A stretch of DNA of 64,000 nucleotides from an uncultured Clostridia bacterium (GTDB taxonomy: Bacteria > Acidobacteriota > Blastocatellia > HR10), in the NCBI GenBank assembly GCA_964615335.1, contig CAZTMT010000012.1:21962-85961 (forward strand), given 5' to 3'. Positions within the stretch are counted from its first letter, which is position 1; each line of letters begins with the position of its first letter. The notes under the pieces were generated by a model that saw only the letters and a program-made list of their open reading frames with translations, did no database searches and was not told the origin of the DNA. The translations under genes were made by a program, and so were the position numbers. Positions 8,764-16,935 of the stretch are shown here, piece after piece.

Positions 8764-9891
8764 ATGAGCCCAACGAGGAGACTCTTCCCATCCCTCGCAC
8801 TCAGGCGAGGACGAGCGTTTCTGTGCCTCTTGGTGGGGACTCTGCTGATCCCGGCGTGGCCCTCTCCGAGGACCTCCGCGGCTCATACGGGGGCGGCGAC
8901 TTCTGGAGGGGCGCGCGTCTCTGCGGCGCCGGCTGATGCGGCCCCTGCTGACCCACATCTCCCCGCGATGGCGAACATGGGCGGAACATCCGATCCCCAG
9001 AACGCATCCGGGCAACTCACGCGGACGGCGGCGACTGACCAATCGCTGCAAGATCAATTCATCCGATTGAAATCCGAGCTGGTCCTGCTCTCGATCAGCG
9101 TGACCGACCAGTTGGGCCGCTTCATCACAGGGCTCAAATCGGACCACTTCATGGTTTATGAGGATGACGTGCCGCAACAGGTCAAGTTCTTCAGCACCGA
9201 CGATATTCCGATCAGCGTGGGGCTCATTCTGGACGTCTCCGGCAGCATGAAGAGCAAGATCGCCCGCCTGCGCGAGGCCGTGCGCCGATTCATCGAATGG
9301 AGCAACCCTCAGGACGAATTCTTCGCCGTTGCGTTCAACAAGCAGGTGACACTTTTGGCCGACTTCACCGATGGGGAAGTCCTACTCACCTACCTGCCGT
9401 TCCTTCGGGCTCAGGGTCGAACGGCGCTCTTTGATGCCATCTACGAAGGCGTGCTCAAGCTCCGACACGCCCGGCGAGGCAAGCGTGTGCTTCTGGTCAT
9501 CAGCGATGGACAGGATAACAGCTCGCGGTATAGCTACGGAGCGCTCTCGCGTTTGCTCAAGGAGTCCGACGTGCAGATCTATACCATCGGAACGCCCGAT
9601 CCGACACTCTACAACACGTACTTCGAGCAGCAGGGGATTGCCATCTTGCAACAGATCTCGAAGCTGACCGGAGGTCGCCACTTCACGGTCATGGGGGCCT
9701 CTTTGCTGGAAGCCGTCTGCGCGATGATCGCCCGCGAATTGCGCCAGCAGTATAATATCGGGTATGTTTCCACCAACACGAGTCGCGATGGGAAGTGGCG
9801 GCGGATCAAGATCGAAGTGGCTCGGGAGGGGAACAAGAAGTTCAAAGTTCATGCGCGGCGCGGCTATTACGCTCCGGTGGGTCAGCCCTGA
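8764..9891 (+). CDS. secreted von Willebrand factor type A domain protein (Acidobacterial VWFA-related, TIGR03436-like)
   Basis: Signal peptide, then LLLDVSGSM (MIDAS DxSxS), ...ALFDAI..., ...LVISDGQDN.... The C-terminal ...DGKWRRIKIEV...RRGYYA motif is shared with the two paralogs. Start chosen at ATG 8764 with SD GAGGAGGGA 5 nt upstream (TTG at 8737 is the ORF-track start). Confidence 0.85.
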   Translation: MSPTRRLFPSLALRRGRAFLCLLVGTLLIPAWPSPRTSAAHTGAATSGGARVSAAPADAAPADPHLPAMANMGGTSDPQNASGQLTRTAATDQSLQDQFIRLKSELVLLSISVTDQLGRFITGLKSDHFMVYEDDVPQQVKFFSTDDIPISVGLILDVSGSMKSKIARLREAVRRFIEWSNPQDEFFAVAFNKQVTLLADFTDGEVLLTYLPFLRAQGRTALFDAIYEGVLKLRHARRGKRVLLVISDGQDNSSRYSYGALSRLLKESDVQIYTIGTPDPTLYNTYFEQQGIAILQQISKLTGGRHFTVMGASLLEAVCAMIARELRQQYNIGYVSTNTSRDGKWRRIKIEVAREGNKKFKVHARRGYYAPVGQP

Positions 9892-10327
9892 CCGGGAAGG
9901 AGGATGACCGGCCATTCCTCGTCACGTCGTTCTCAGCCTTGGGCTTATTCTCGGGCTCAGTCCCGCAGGGGCCGGGCGCTGGGCCCTTCTGGGGGGATAC
10001 GAATGCCTTCACCGACCTCTGGCGCACTGGGAGTCAAGGGTACCGGGTGCGGAGGAGCTTGTCACTTCCAGACAACGCGAGGCGCCTTCCCTGCCCCCGA
10101 TCTCCCAACCGCCGGCTTTTGAAAAACGTTTTCCCTTCTCCGCTCTGGGCGAGATCCGCGTCGAAAATCCCCACGGGCGCATCCTCGTCCTCGACGGGGC
10201 TCCCGATCAGCTCTCCCTTCGCATTGAGAGCAATCGTCCGATCCTGGAGGAAGCCATACGTCTCAAGTTCAAAAGGGACAGCCTGAGCCTCAGGTGCGCG
10301 ACCCGCGATGAGGAGCAGACGCTGGAT

Positions 10328-11761
10328 ATGTATCTCCGGGTTCCGCCTGGAGTACAACTGGATCTCAAAGCGCAAGAGGGGACCGTGCAGGTGCACGGGA
10401 GTCCGCGCCGCGTGCGCGTGGAGACCCTGAGCGGGGACGTCATCTTAGGGATTCCCATCCAGGACCTCAAAGCCGAGCTGGTGTGGATGGAGGGCTACGT
10501 CCGGTATGCAGGTCCCGAGCTGCCGCGCGTCGCCCATGTGATGATGCCTCGCTCGTCTGCCCCCAGTGTGGTCCCTCCTCCGGCTGTACTGGCGGGGAAG
10601 ATCGGACAGGGGCGCCTCTCGGTTCACGTGCGCACGCTCAACGGATGGGTGGAGCTGGGTCCTCCGACGGCTCTGCATCGTGTGGTGCTGGGCGCGTTGC
10701 CGCCGCAGCCTCTGACGCGCGCGGCGCAAGCCCTGGCTCGCAACCCATATAGCCCTCTGGGAGCGGCCTTGCGCACACTGGAGCCGCGCCTGGCTCGAAT
10801 CGTCCATGAGGAAGGCGAGGTGCCTTTGCCCGGAAACTCCGCTTCAGAAGAAGAGGCGATCAGGCTGGAGGCTCCCCTGGTGAATCTTCTGCTGAGCGTC
10901 ACCGACGCTGAAGGCAAAACGCTCACCGGACTCACGGCGAGAGATTTCACCGTCTGGGAAGATGGCGTCCCGCAGGAGATTCGCCATTTCGCCCTGGAGA
11001 CGAGCCCTTTTAATCTGGTCCTGCTTCTGGACGTGAGCGGGAGCACGCGCGGACAGTTCGAGACCATTCGGCAGGCGGCCCGTCGCTTCCTGGACCTCAT
11101 GCGCCCGGAAGATAAGATCGCCCTGCTTCTTTTCGCGCGCGATGTGGAGGTCGTGGCTCCTCTGACTCACGACCGCGAGTCGGTCCGGCGCGCTCTGGAG
11201 AACGTCGTTCCTCCTTTGGGCAGCACGGCTCTGTACGATGCCATCGGATATGCGCTCGCGGAGGTCCTCGGCCCGGTGCGCGGCCAGCGGAATGCGCTCG
11301 TTCTGCTCACCGATGGACGCGACAGCTCGTTCGCCTACGAGGGGACGCCTCTCTGGAACGATCCCTGGCGGCGTCCGGGCTCCTTCCTTCGATTTCAGGA
11401 CGTGCTGCTGGGCGTCCTGCAATCGGATGCGCTGATCTATCCGATCATGCTGGAGAACGAAGCCGAGCTGGCGGCCTCCCTTCACGAGTCCGGACGCCAG
11501 CAGGTGCGCGCGGCCACGCGCCTGGCTGAAGAGCAACTCCGTCAGTTGGCGGATCTCTCCGGAGGTCGGTTCTATCGGATTGAGCGCCTGAGTCAACTGG
11601 AGGGCGTCTACGAGCAGATCGCTTCCGATCTGCGCACGATCTACAGCCTCGCCTACACGCCGACGCGCGCCGAACGGGACGGAAGCTGGCGGCGGATCGA
11701 AGTGAAGGTGGCGCGTCCGGGAGCGCGCGTGCGAGGGCGTCCGGGCTACGTCGCGCGGTGA
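10328..11761 (+). CDS. VWA domain protein (TIGR03436-like) with N-terminal DUF4097-like domain; coordinates from first canonical in-frame ATG, true 5' end probably ~9908-9914 (see findings)
   Basis: LLLDVSGST..ALYDAI..VLLTDGRDS and C-terminal DGSWRRIEVKV..RPGYVAR. The frame stays open upstream to 9908 and continues to encode DUF4097-like sequence homologous to the N-terminus of the 23172 paralog. Confidence 0.7.
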   Translation: MYLRVPPGVQLDLKAQEGTVQVHGSPRRVRVETLSGDVILGIPIQDLKAELVWMEGYVRYAGPELPRVAHVMMPRSSAPSVVPPPAVLAGKIGQGRLSVHVRTLNGWVELGPPTALHRVVLGALPPQPLTRAAQALARNPYSPLGAALRTLEPRLARIVHEEGEVPLPGNSASEEEAIRLEAPLVNLLLSVTDAEGKTLTGLTARDFTVWEDGVPQEIRHFALETSPFNLVLLLDVSGSTRGQFETIRQAARRFLDLMRPEDKIALLLFARDVEVVAPLTHDRESVRRALENVVPPLGSTALYDAIGYALAEVLGPVRGQRNALVLLTDGRDSSFAYEGTPLWNDPWRRPGSFLRFQDVLLGVLQSDALIYPIMLENEAELAASLHESGRQQVRAATRLAEEQLRQLADLSGGRFYRIERLSQLEGVYEQIASDLRTIYSLAYTPTRAERDGSWRRIEVKVARPGARVRGRPGYVAR

Positions 11762-11774
11762 AGAGCGATTTCTC

Positions 11775-13148
11775 TCAGAGCGGCTCAAAACGAGCCGTGA
11801 AATGCCGCAGAAACGGCGCCTGCCACACGATCCGGTATCCGCGAATCTCCTGGCGCCGCTTGGAGACCTCCAGAATCGCCTCGATCACGTAATCAATGTG
11901 ACTCTGCGTATAGACGCGGCGGGGGATAGCCAGGCGCACAAGCTCCATCGGTGCCGGGATCTCCTCTCCTGTCCGGGGATCGCGTCGGCCGAACATGACC
12001 GATCCGATCTCGACCGAGCGGATTCCGGCCTCGCGATAGAGTTCGACGGCCAGCGCCTGCGCCGGATACTGCAGCGGAGGGATGTGGGGGAGCATGGCCC
12101 CGGCATCAATATAAATGGCATGACCGCCCGGAGGCTGGACGATCGGAACCCCCGCCTCGGCAATATGCCGGCCCAGATAGCGCGTCGAGGCGAAACGATA
12201 CTGCAGGTAGTCCTCATCCAGGACCTCCTGCAAGCCGACGGCAATGGCCTCCAGATCGCGGCCGGCCAGGCCTCCATATGTCGGGAAGCCCTCGGTGAGA
12301 ATGAGCAGGTCCTTCTCCTGCTCGGCCAAGCGATCGTCATTGGTGCACAGGAAGCCGCCGATATTGGCCAGCCCATCTTTTTTGGCCGACATCGTGCATC
12401 CATCGGCGTAGGAGAACATCTCGCGGGCGATCTCCCGAACCGATTTCTGAGCATATCCCGGCTCGCGCAGCTTGATGAAGTACGCATTCTCGGCGAAACG
12501 GCAGGCATCCAGATAAAGGGGGATCCCGTACTCGGCGCAGATGGCTTTGACCTCGCGAATATTGGCCATGGAGACGGGCTGCCCCCCTCCGGAATTGTTC
12601 GTCACCGTGAGCATGACCAGAGGGATGCGCTCCGGTCCGACGCGCCGGATCAGCGCGCGCAGGGCTTCGGTGTCCATGTTCCCCTTGAAGGGATGCGGGA
12701 CCGAAGGCTGGAAGAATTCGGGGATCGGCAGGTCTACGGCTTCAGCTCCCACGTACTCGATATTGGCGCGCGTTGTGTCAAAGTGCGTGTTGCTCGGCAC
12801 AATGTGGCCGGGTTTGCAGAGGATCGAAAAGAGGATCCGTTCGGCCGCTCGCCCCTGATGCGTCGGAATGACGTGCTTGAAGCCGAAGATCTCGCGCACG
12901 ACCGCTTCGAACCGATAGAAGCTCGCGCTCCCGGCATACGATTCGTCCCCTCGCATCATAGCCGCCCACTGCTCGGAGCTCATGGCGGCCGTCCCACTGT
13001 CGGTCAAAAGATCAATGATGACGTTCTCGGCCTTGATCAGGAAGAGATTGTACCCGGCTTCGCGCAGATACTCCTCGCGCTCAGCGCGCGTCGTCATCCG
13101 GATCGGTTCGACGACTTTGATTCGGAAGGGCTCAATGATGGTCTTCAT
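11775..13148 (-). CDS. tyrosine phenol-lyase / tryptophanase family beta-eliminating lyase (PLP-dependent)
   Basis: 457 aa. EPFRIKVVEPI, DLLTDSGT, FGFKHVIPTHQGR, SMANIREV and FSYADGCTMSAKKD (PLP-Lys) are characteristic. The YADGCTMS block and the length favour TPL over TnaA. Confidence 0.85.
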   Translation of the reverse strand: MKTIIEPFRIKVVEPIRMTTRAEREEYLREAGYNLFLIKAENVIIDLLTDSGTAAMSSEQWAAMMRGDESYAGSASFYRFEAVVREIFGFKHVIPTHQGRAAERILFSILCKPGHIVPSNTHFDTTRANIEYVGAEAVDLPIPEFFQPSVPHPFKGNMDTEALRALIRRVGPERIPLVMLTVTNNSGGGQPVSMANIREVKAICAEYGIPLYLDACRFAENAYFIKLREPGYAQKSVREIAREMFSYADGCTMSAKKDGLANIGGFLCTNDDRLAEQEKDLLILTEGFPTYGGLAGRDLEAIAVGLQEVLDEDYLQYRFASTRYLGRHIAEAGVPIVQPPGGHAIYIDAGAMLPHIPPLQYPAQALAVELYREAGIRSVEIGSVMFGRRDPRTGEEIPAPMELVRLAIPRRVYTQSHIDYVIEAILEVSKRRQEIRGYRIVWQAPFLRHFTARFEPL

Positions 13149-13222
13149 CTGCGGACTCCTTCCCGGCCTGCGAGGCCCCTTCAGGAGGTCGCCCGCGGCT
13201 GGGCCGCGCTCCCCGCAGGACG

Positions 13223-14200
13223 TTATTCCGTCCCGATTCGGCTCTTGAGGATCTCGGTCGCTTCGGCCCGAGGGATGCGCACGCTCGCGATGACCTGACG
13301 TCCCTGCTGCATGATGCTCAAGCGAGAGAGCACGGAAGCCGCCTGGGGATCCAAACGCCCGGAGTTCAATCGCGCGAGCAACAGCAACCCGTTGAGCTGA
13401 CTGGTGAGCTGCGCCGCGTCGGCCTCCGACGGGGAGATGGCGATGAAGCGCAGCTCGGTCGCTTCCGCAATGATGAGCTTCACACTCACCGAGCGCGTGC
13501 TCGCCAAAGGAGCCAGAATACGCGCGCGGCTGGCCTCCTGGACGATCCCGAGCGCCGCGGCGTCCACTTGAGGAATGCCCGAAGGCTCCACCAGTTGAAT
13601 ATCCGTGAGCGTCCCATCCTTCTGAACGCGGAAGGAGACGGCCACGCTGATGTTCTCAAAGGTGATGCGTCCCTCCTGCTTGGCGCGATAGATCTCGGCA
13701 ATAGCCTCGCGGATCGGCCCGATGTTGAGCTTCCGCGCTTCGTCTTTGACGCGCTGTTCAAGTTCCTCCCATGTTTGGGGAAGAGCAGCCGTTGTCTCCT
13801 CCGATGAAGCGGCGCGCTCCAGATGCTCGCGCAGACGACGGGCTGCTTCCTGACGCCGTCGCCGTTCCTCCTCCCGACGCCTCCGAGCCTCCTCATCTGC
13901 GGGAGAGGAGATGAGCCCCGGAGGATAGTACAGGGGCGCTATCAGCAGGGCGCGATCCACTCCTTGCAGTCCTCCCAGACGTCCCGGTTCGCTCACGATC
14001 TGCAAGCCGAGCAGGCTTCGCCACTGCGCGACGGCCCGATAGGAATCGTACAGGGTATATCCGAAAAGCGATCCGTGTAGGAGAAGCGTCAGGACGAGAC
14101 CCGTTCGGATATATCGCCGATCCGACCGGATGCGCCACTCCAGAAGGCAGGGGAAGTCCTGCCGCTCTGCTTCCCGAAGATGTTCGTCCGAACGCCTCAT
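13223..14200 (-). CDS. membrane-anchored protein with TonB C-terminal-like domain and extra C-terminal domain
   Basis: Single TM (GLVLTLLLHGSLFGY), then a charged Arg/Glu-rich linker. ITFENISVAVSFRVQKDGTLTDIQLVEPSGIPQVDAAALGIV resembles the TonB-C fold signature. A ~90-aa tail of unknown function follows. Confidence 0.5.
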   Translation of the reverse strand: MRRSDEHLREAERQDFPCLLEWRIRSDRRYIRTGLVLTLLLHGSLFGYTLYDSYRAVAQWRSLLGLQIVSEPGRLGGLQGVDRALLIAPLYYPPGLISSPADEEARRRREEERRRRQEAARRLREHLERAASSEETTAALPQTWEELEQRVKDEARKLNIGPIREAIAEIYRAKQEGRITFENISVAVSFRVQKDGTLTDIQLVEPSGIPQVDAAALGIVQEASRARILAPLASTRSVSVKLIIAEATELRFIAISPSEADAAQLTSQLNGLLLLARLNSGRLDPQAASVLSRLSIMQQGRQVIASVRIPRAEATEILKSRIGTE

Positions 14201-14217
14201 ATCGCTCCAGGATCTTT

Positions 14218-15702
14218 TCAGGGACGATCCACCTTCACGCCCAGACGCCGACGCATGGCCGCCAGCGTCGTCTCCTTCAATCGGAGCAACCGGGCGGCGC
14301 GCCGCTGGTTCCCTCCGGTTCTCCGGAACGCTTCCTGGATCAATCCGCGCTCGAACTCCTCGACGACCTCGTAGAAATCGAGCCCCTCCTCCGGGAAGGG
14401 AATGCGCGGAACGCGCGGGGCAGAAGATCCGATGGGAGGAGGCAACTGCGTCACATCAATCGGCAGGGGACTGGTGCGCCGCACGGCTTCTTCGAGAACG
14501 CGCTTCAACTCGTCCACGTTCTCCGGCCATGCGTAGCGCATGAGCGCTTCCAGGGCCTCCTGAGTCAACACGCGCTTCTCCCGCTTCTGCTTCTGACAGA
14601 TCTGCTCCAGGAAGTAATCCACAAAGTACGGAATATCCTCCACGCGCGCGCGCAAGGGCTCGATCGCCAGATGCGCTTCCCGAACGAGTTCATAGAGGTC
14701 CTCGACGAGCATCCCTTTACGCCGCAACAGCTCCGGCGCCGAATGACTCCCGAAGATGAACCGCAGACCCGAGGGAGACTCGGACTCGTGCATCCTCTGC
14801 TGATCACGGATCAGTGCGGCCAGGCGATATTGAAGGGGCAAGGGGAGAAACGCGACCTCACTGATGTAAATCGTCCCCGCACCCATGAAGGAAGCGATCC
14901 CGGAGATGGAGTGCGCCGGCTCCTGGCTCTCTCCGAGTTCCCCAGAGAGCAATCCCGATAAGGTGCTCGCCGGGAGCTTCTCCGTGTTCAGAAGGAGGAA
15001 GGGAGCCAGAGCCCACGGGCCGCTCGCATGCACGGCGCGCGCGATCCATTCCTTGCCGACGCCTCGCTCTCCGGAGAGGAAGATCGGATGCGACACCCCT
15101 GCGAAGGTCTGCACGAAGGTTCGCCGCATCTCCGCCCCGCGACTGATCCCAATGATGTTCCCGATCTGGTAGTGAGCCCGCACCTCCGCGCTCAAGCGCG
15201 CTGCCGTCTCTTGAAGAGACACCAGCTCCAACCGATCGCGCACGGCCTGGAGCAACTCCTCGGGATGAACGGGCGTGAGGAGATACCGACCAGCCGTCAC
15301 GTTCACCAGCTCACGCTCCCGCAGAGCTTCGGGGATGAGGACGATGAGCCTGTGCGGCTCAATCCGAGCCAAGGCGTTCCCAAAAGGAAGCATCATCGTG
15401 TCCAGATCGGCCACGATGAGATGGAACGTCTTTCCTTCCAGAGGCAGACTCTCGATCTGCAGGAAATCCGCGGTTGTCACCCGGCAGCCGAGTCGTTCGA
15501 GCAACCGCTCGAGTTCCTGCTGACGACTCGTCGTGCCAGCGACGACCAGGACATGCTTCTCCCGCATGTGATGGGAGGTCTCAACCGATGCGCGACTCAC
15601 GATCTCATGCACCATTTTGTTCCTCTCTTCGCAAATATTGGGCTTCATCTCCTCACTACGCCCGGGCGGGGAGGAGAGTTTCATATCTTGCGCTCTGAAC
15701 AT
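14218..15702 (-). CDS. NtrC/bEBP-family regulator homolog with degenerate receiver, AAA+ and missing GAFTGA (TyrR-like sigma54-independent candidate)
   Basis: Central domain aligns to sigma54-activator AAA+: P-loop GERGVGKE (consensus GESGTGKE), Walker B YISEV (consensus FLDEI), and no ESELFGHEKGAFTGA loop. The C-terminal Fis-type HTH (GGNQRRAARLLRLKETTL) is intact. The N-terminus is receiver-like but has AG in place of the DD acidic pocket. Confidence 0.75.
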   Translation of the reverse strand: MFRAQDMKLSSPPGRSEEMKPNICEERNKMVHEIVSRASVETSHHMREKHVLVVAGTTSRQQELERLLERLGCRVTTADFLQIESLPLEGKTFHLIVADLDTMMLPFGNALARIEPHRLIVLIPEALRERELVNVTAGRYLLTPVHPEELLQAVRDRLELVSLQETAARLSAEVRAHYQIGNIIGISRGAEMRRTFVQTFAGVSHPIFLSGERGVGKEWIARAVHASGPWALAPFLLLNTEKLPASTLSGLLSGELGESQEPAHSISGIASFMGAGTIYISEVAFLPLPLQYRLAALIRDQQRMHESESPSGLRFIFGSHSAPELLRRKGMLVEDLYELVREAHLAIEPLRARVEDIPYFVDYFLEQICQKQKREKRVLTQEALEALMRYAWPENVDELKRVLEEAVRRTSPLPIDVTQLPPPIGSSAPRVPRIPFPEEGLDFYEVVEEFERGLIQEAFRRTGGNQRRAARLLRLKETTLAAMRRRLGVKVDRP

Positions 15703-15721
15703 AGCCGCTTGAATCAGTGTA

Positions 15722-16537
15722 TCACGCGCGGGCCTTTCTGTAAAACTCCGCGAGCACGCGGCTCACGGTCTCCGGAGCGTCGAGCATGGGGAAATGGGCC
15801 GAAGCAGTCAGGGTCACCAGCATTCCCGATCGAATGCGATCGAAGATCCACCGCGCCGTCTCCAGAGAGGCCCGGGCATCCCGCCGGCAGGCCACGATCA
15901 AAACGGGACGCGGGAATTCCCGGAGCGCAGCGAGAACCTCCCGCAAGATGATCTCTTCGGTCGCCGAGTGGATGAGCGCCCAGGCGGCGCGCGCATCCGT
16001 GTCCAGCAGGTCTTCGGCGAGGATTCGCCGATAGGGCTTCGGAAGGCGCCCCACGGCATATCGCCGCAAGAGCAGATCGCTCAGCAGAGGCACGGCCGCC
16101 AGCTTCTTCGAGAGCAGAAGAAGTTGCGCCGAGGTGAGCTGCTTCCCCGTGAGCTGAGGCTGCTCGGGGCGCACCAGGGGATTGAAGATCGCCAGCGTGC
16201 GCACATCCTGCGGATGGAATCGGAGACACAAAGCGGCGGGCACAGCTCCCAGAGCATGAGCGACCAGATGCACCTCGCCCAGCCCCAGCGATCGGATCAG
16301 CTCATGCAGGTCCTCCGCATGAGCTTCGACGTCATAGGGGGCGTCCGAAGGAAAGGATCGGCTCCGTCCAATCCCTCGGGGATCAAACCCAATGACCTCA
16401 TACATGGACTTCAACCGATCCACCAGAGGCCCCCAATACCGATGCGAGAAGGGCCACTCGTTGACCAGGAGCACGGGAGGCCCCTGTCCCACGCGCTGAT
16501 AATAGAGGGTGCCATCTGGGACGCGCACCAAGGGCAT
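15722..16537 (-). CDS. alpha/beta hydrolase fold protein with Ser->Ala at nucleophile elbow (probable pseudo-hydrolase)
   Basis: Alpha/beta hydrolase layout (HRYWGPLV..., ...FDPRGIGRS..., C-terminal ASAHFPMLD His). The nucleophile elbow reads VHLVAHALGAV where G-H-S-x-G is expected. Confidence 0.7.
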   Translation of the reverse strand: MPLVRVPDGTLYYQRVGQGPPVLLVNEWPFSHRYWGPLVDRLKSMYEVIGFDPRGIGRSRSFPSDAPYDVEAHAEDLHELIRSLGLGEVHLVAHALGAVPAALCLRFHPQDVRTLAIFNPLVRPEQPQLTGKQLTSAQLLLLSKKLAAVPLLSDLLLRRYAVGRLPKPYRRILAEDLLDTDARAAWALIHSATEEIILREVLAALREFPRPVLIVACRRDARASLETARWIFDRIRSGMLVTLTASAHFPMLDAPETVSRVLAEFYRKARA

Positions 16538-16633
16538 GATCTCTTCACAGCGATCGTGCGAATACCCCGTGCGGGGCCGCGTGGCCCCGATGAGGCCGTT
16601 CACGCTGAGGGTCTTTCGGAAGAAGGCCGGCGT

Positions 16634-16876
16634 TCATTCCACCGGCCGCTTGAAGGTGAACTTGACGTACCGACTGAGCGAGACAATGTCTATGCTCTTC
16701 GGCGAACGATGAACGACAAATCCATCCACATAAACTCCGACCAGCTCCCACCCCTCCTCACCCAGCTTATTCAACCCCGCATCCACGTTCTCTTCGACGA
16801 AGTCCTTCCCTGTCACGATCGCCCCGAGCTTTCTCAACTCCCCCCAGTCCAGCGTCTTATACTGCCATTTCCTCAT
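16634..16876 (-). CDS. DUF4177 domain-containing small protein
   Basis: MRKWQYKTL...GWELVGVY... is typical of the DUF4177 family. Start at the internal ATG (MRKWQYK). Confidence 0.55.
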   Translation of the reverse strand: MRKWQYKTLDWGELRKLGAIVTGKDFVEENVDAGLNKLGEEGWELVGVYVDGFVVHRSPKSIDIVSLSRYVKFTFKRPVE

Positions 16877-16935
16877 CAGCCCCTCCTCCGGATCCTCTCC
16901 CACGCCGCGCTCTCCTCAAGAGAGCGCGCTCCATG

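Noticed and set aside
9904-10122. 72-aa ORF starting at the SD-adjacent ATG
   Set aside because: Product (MTGHSSSRRSQPWAYSRAQSRRG...) is not protein-like, whereas the overlapping +1 frame encodes signal-peptide and DUF4097-homologous sequence. Interpreted as evidence for an indel or unusual start of the VWA gene, not as a separate gene.
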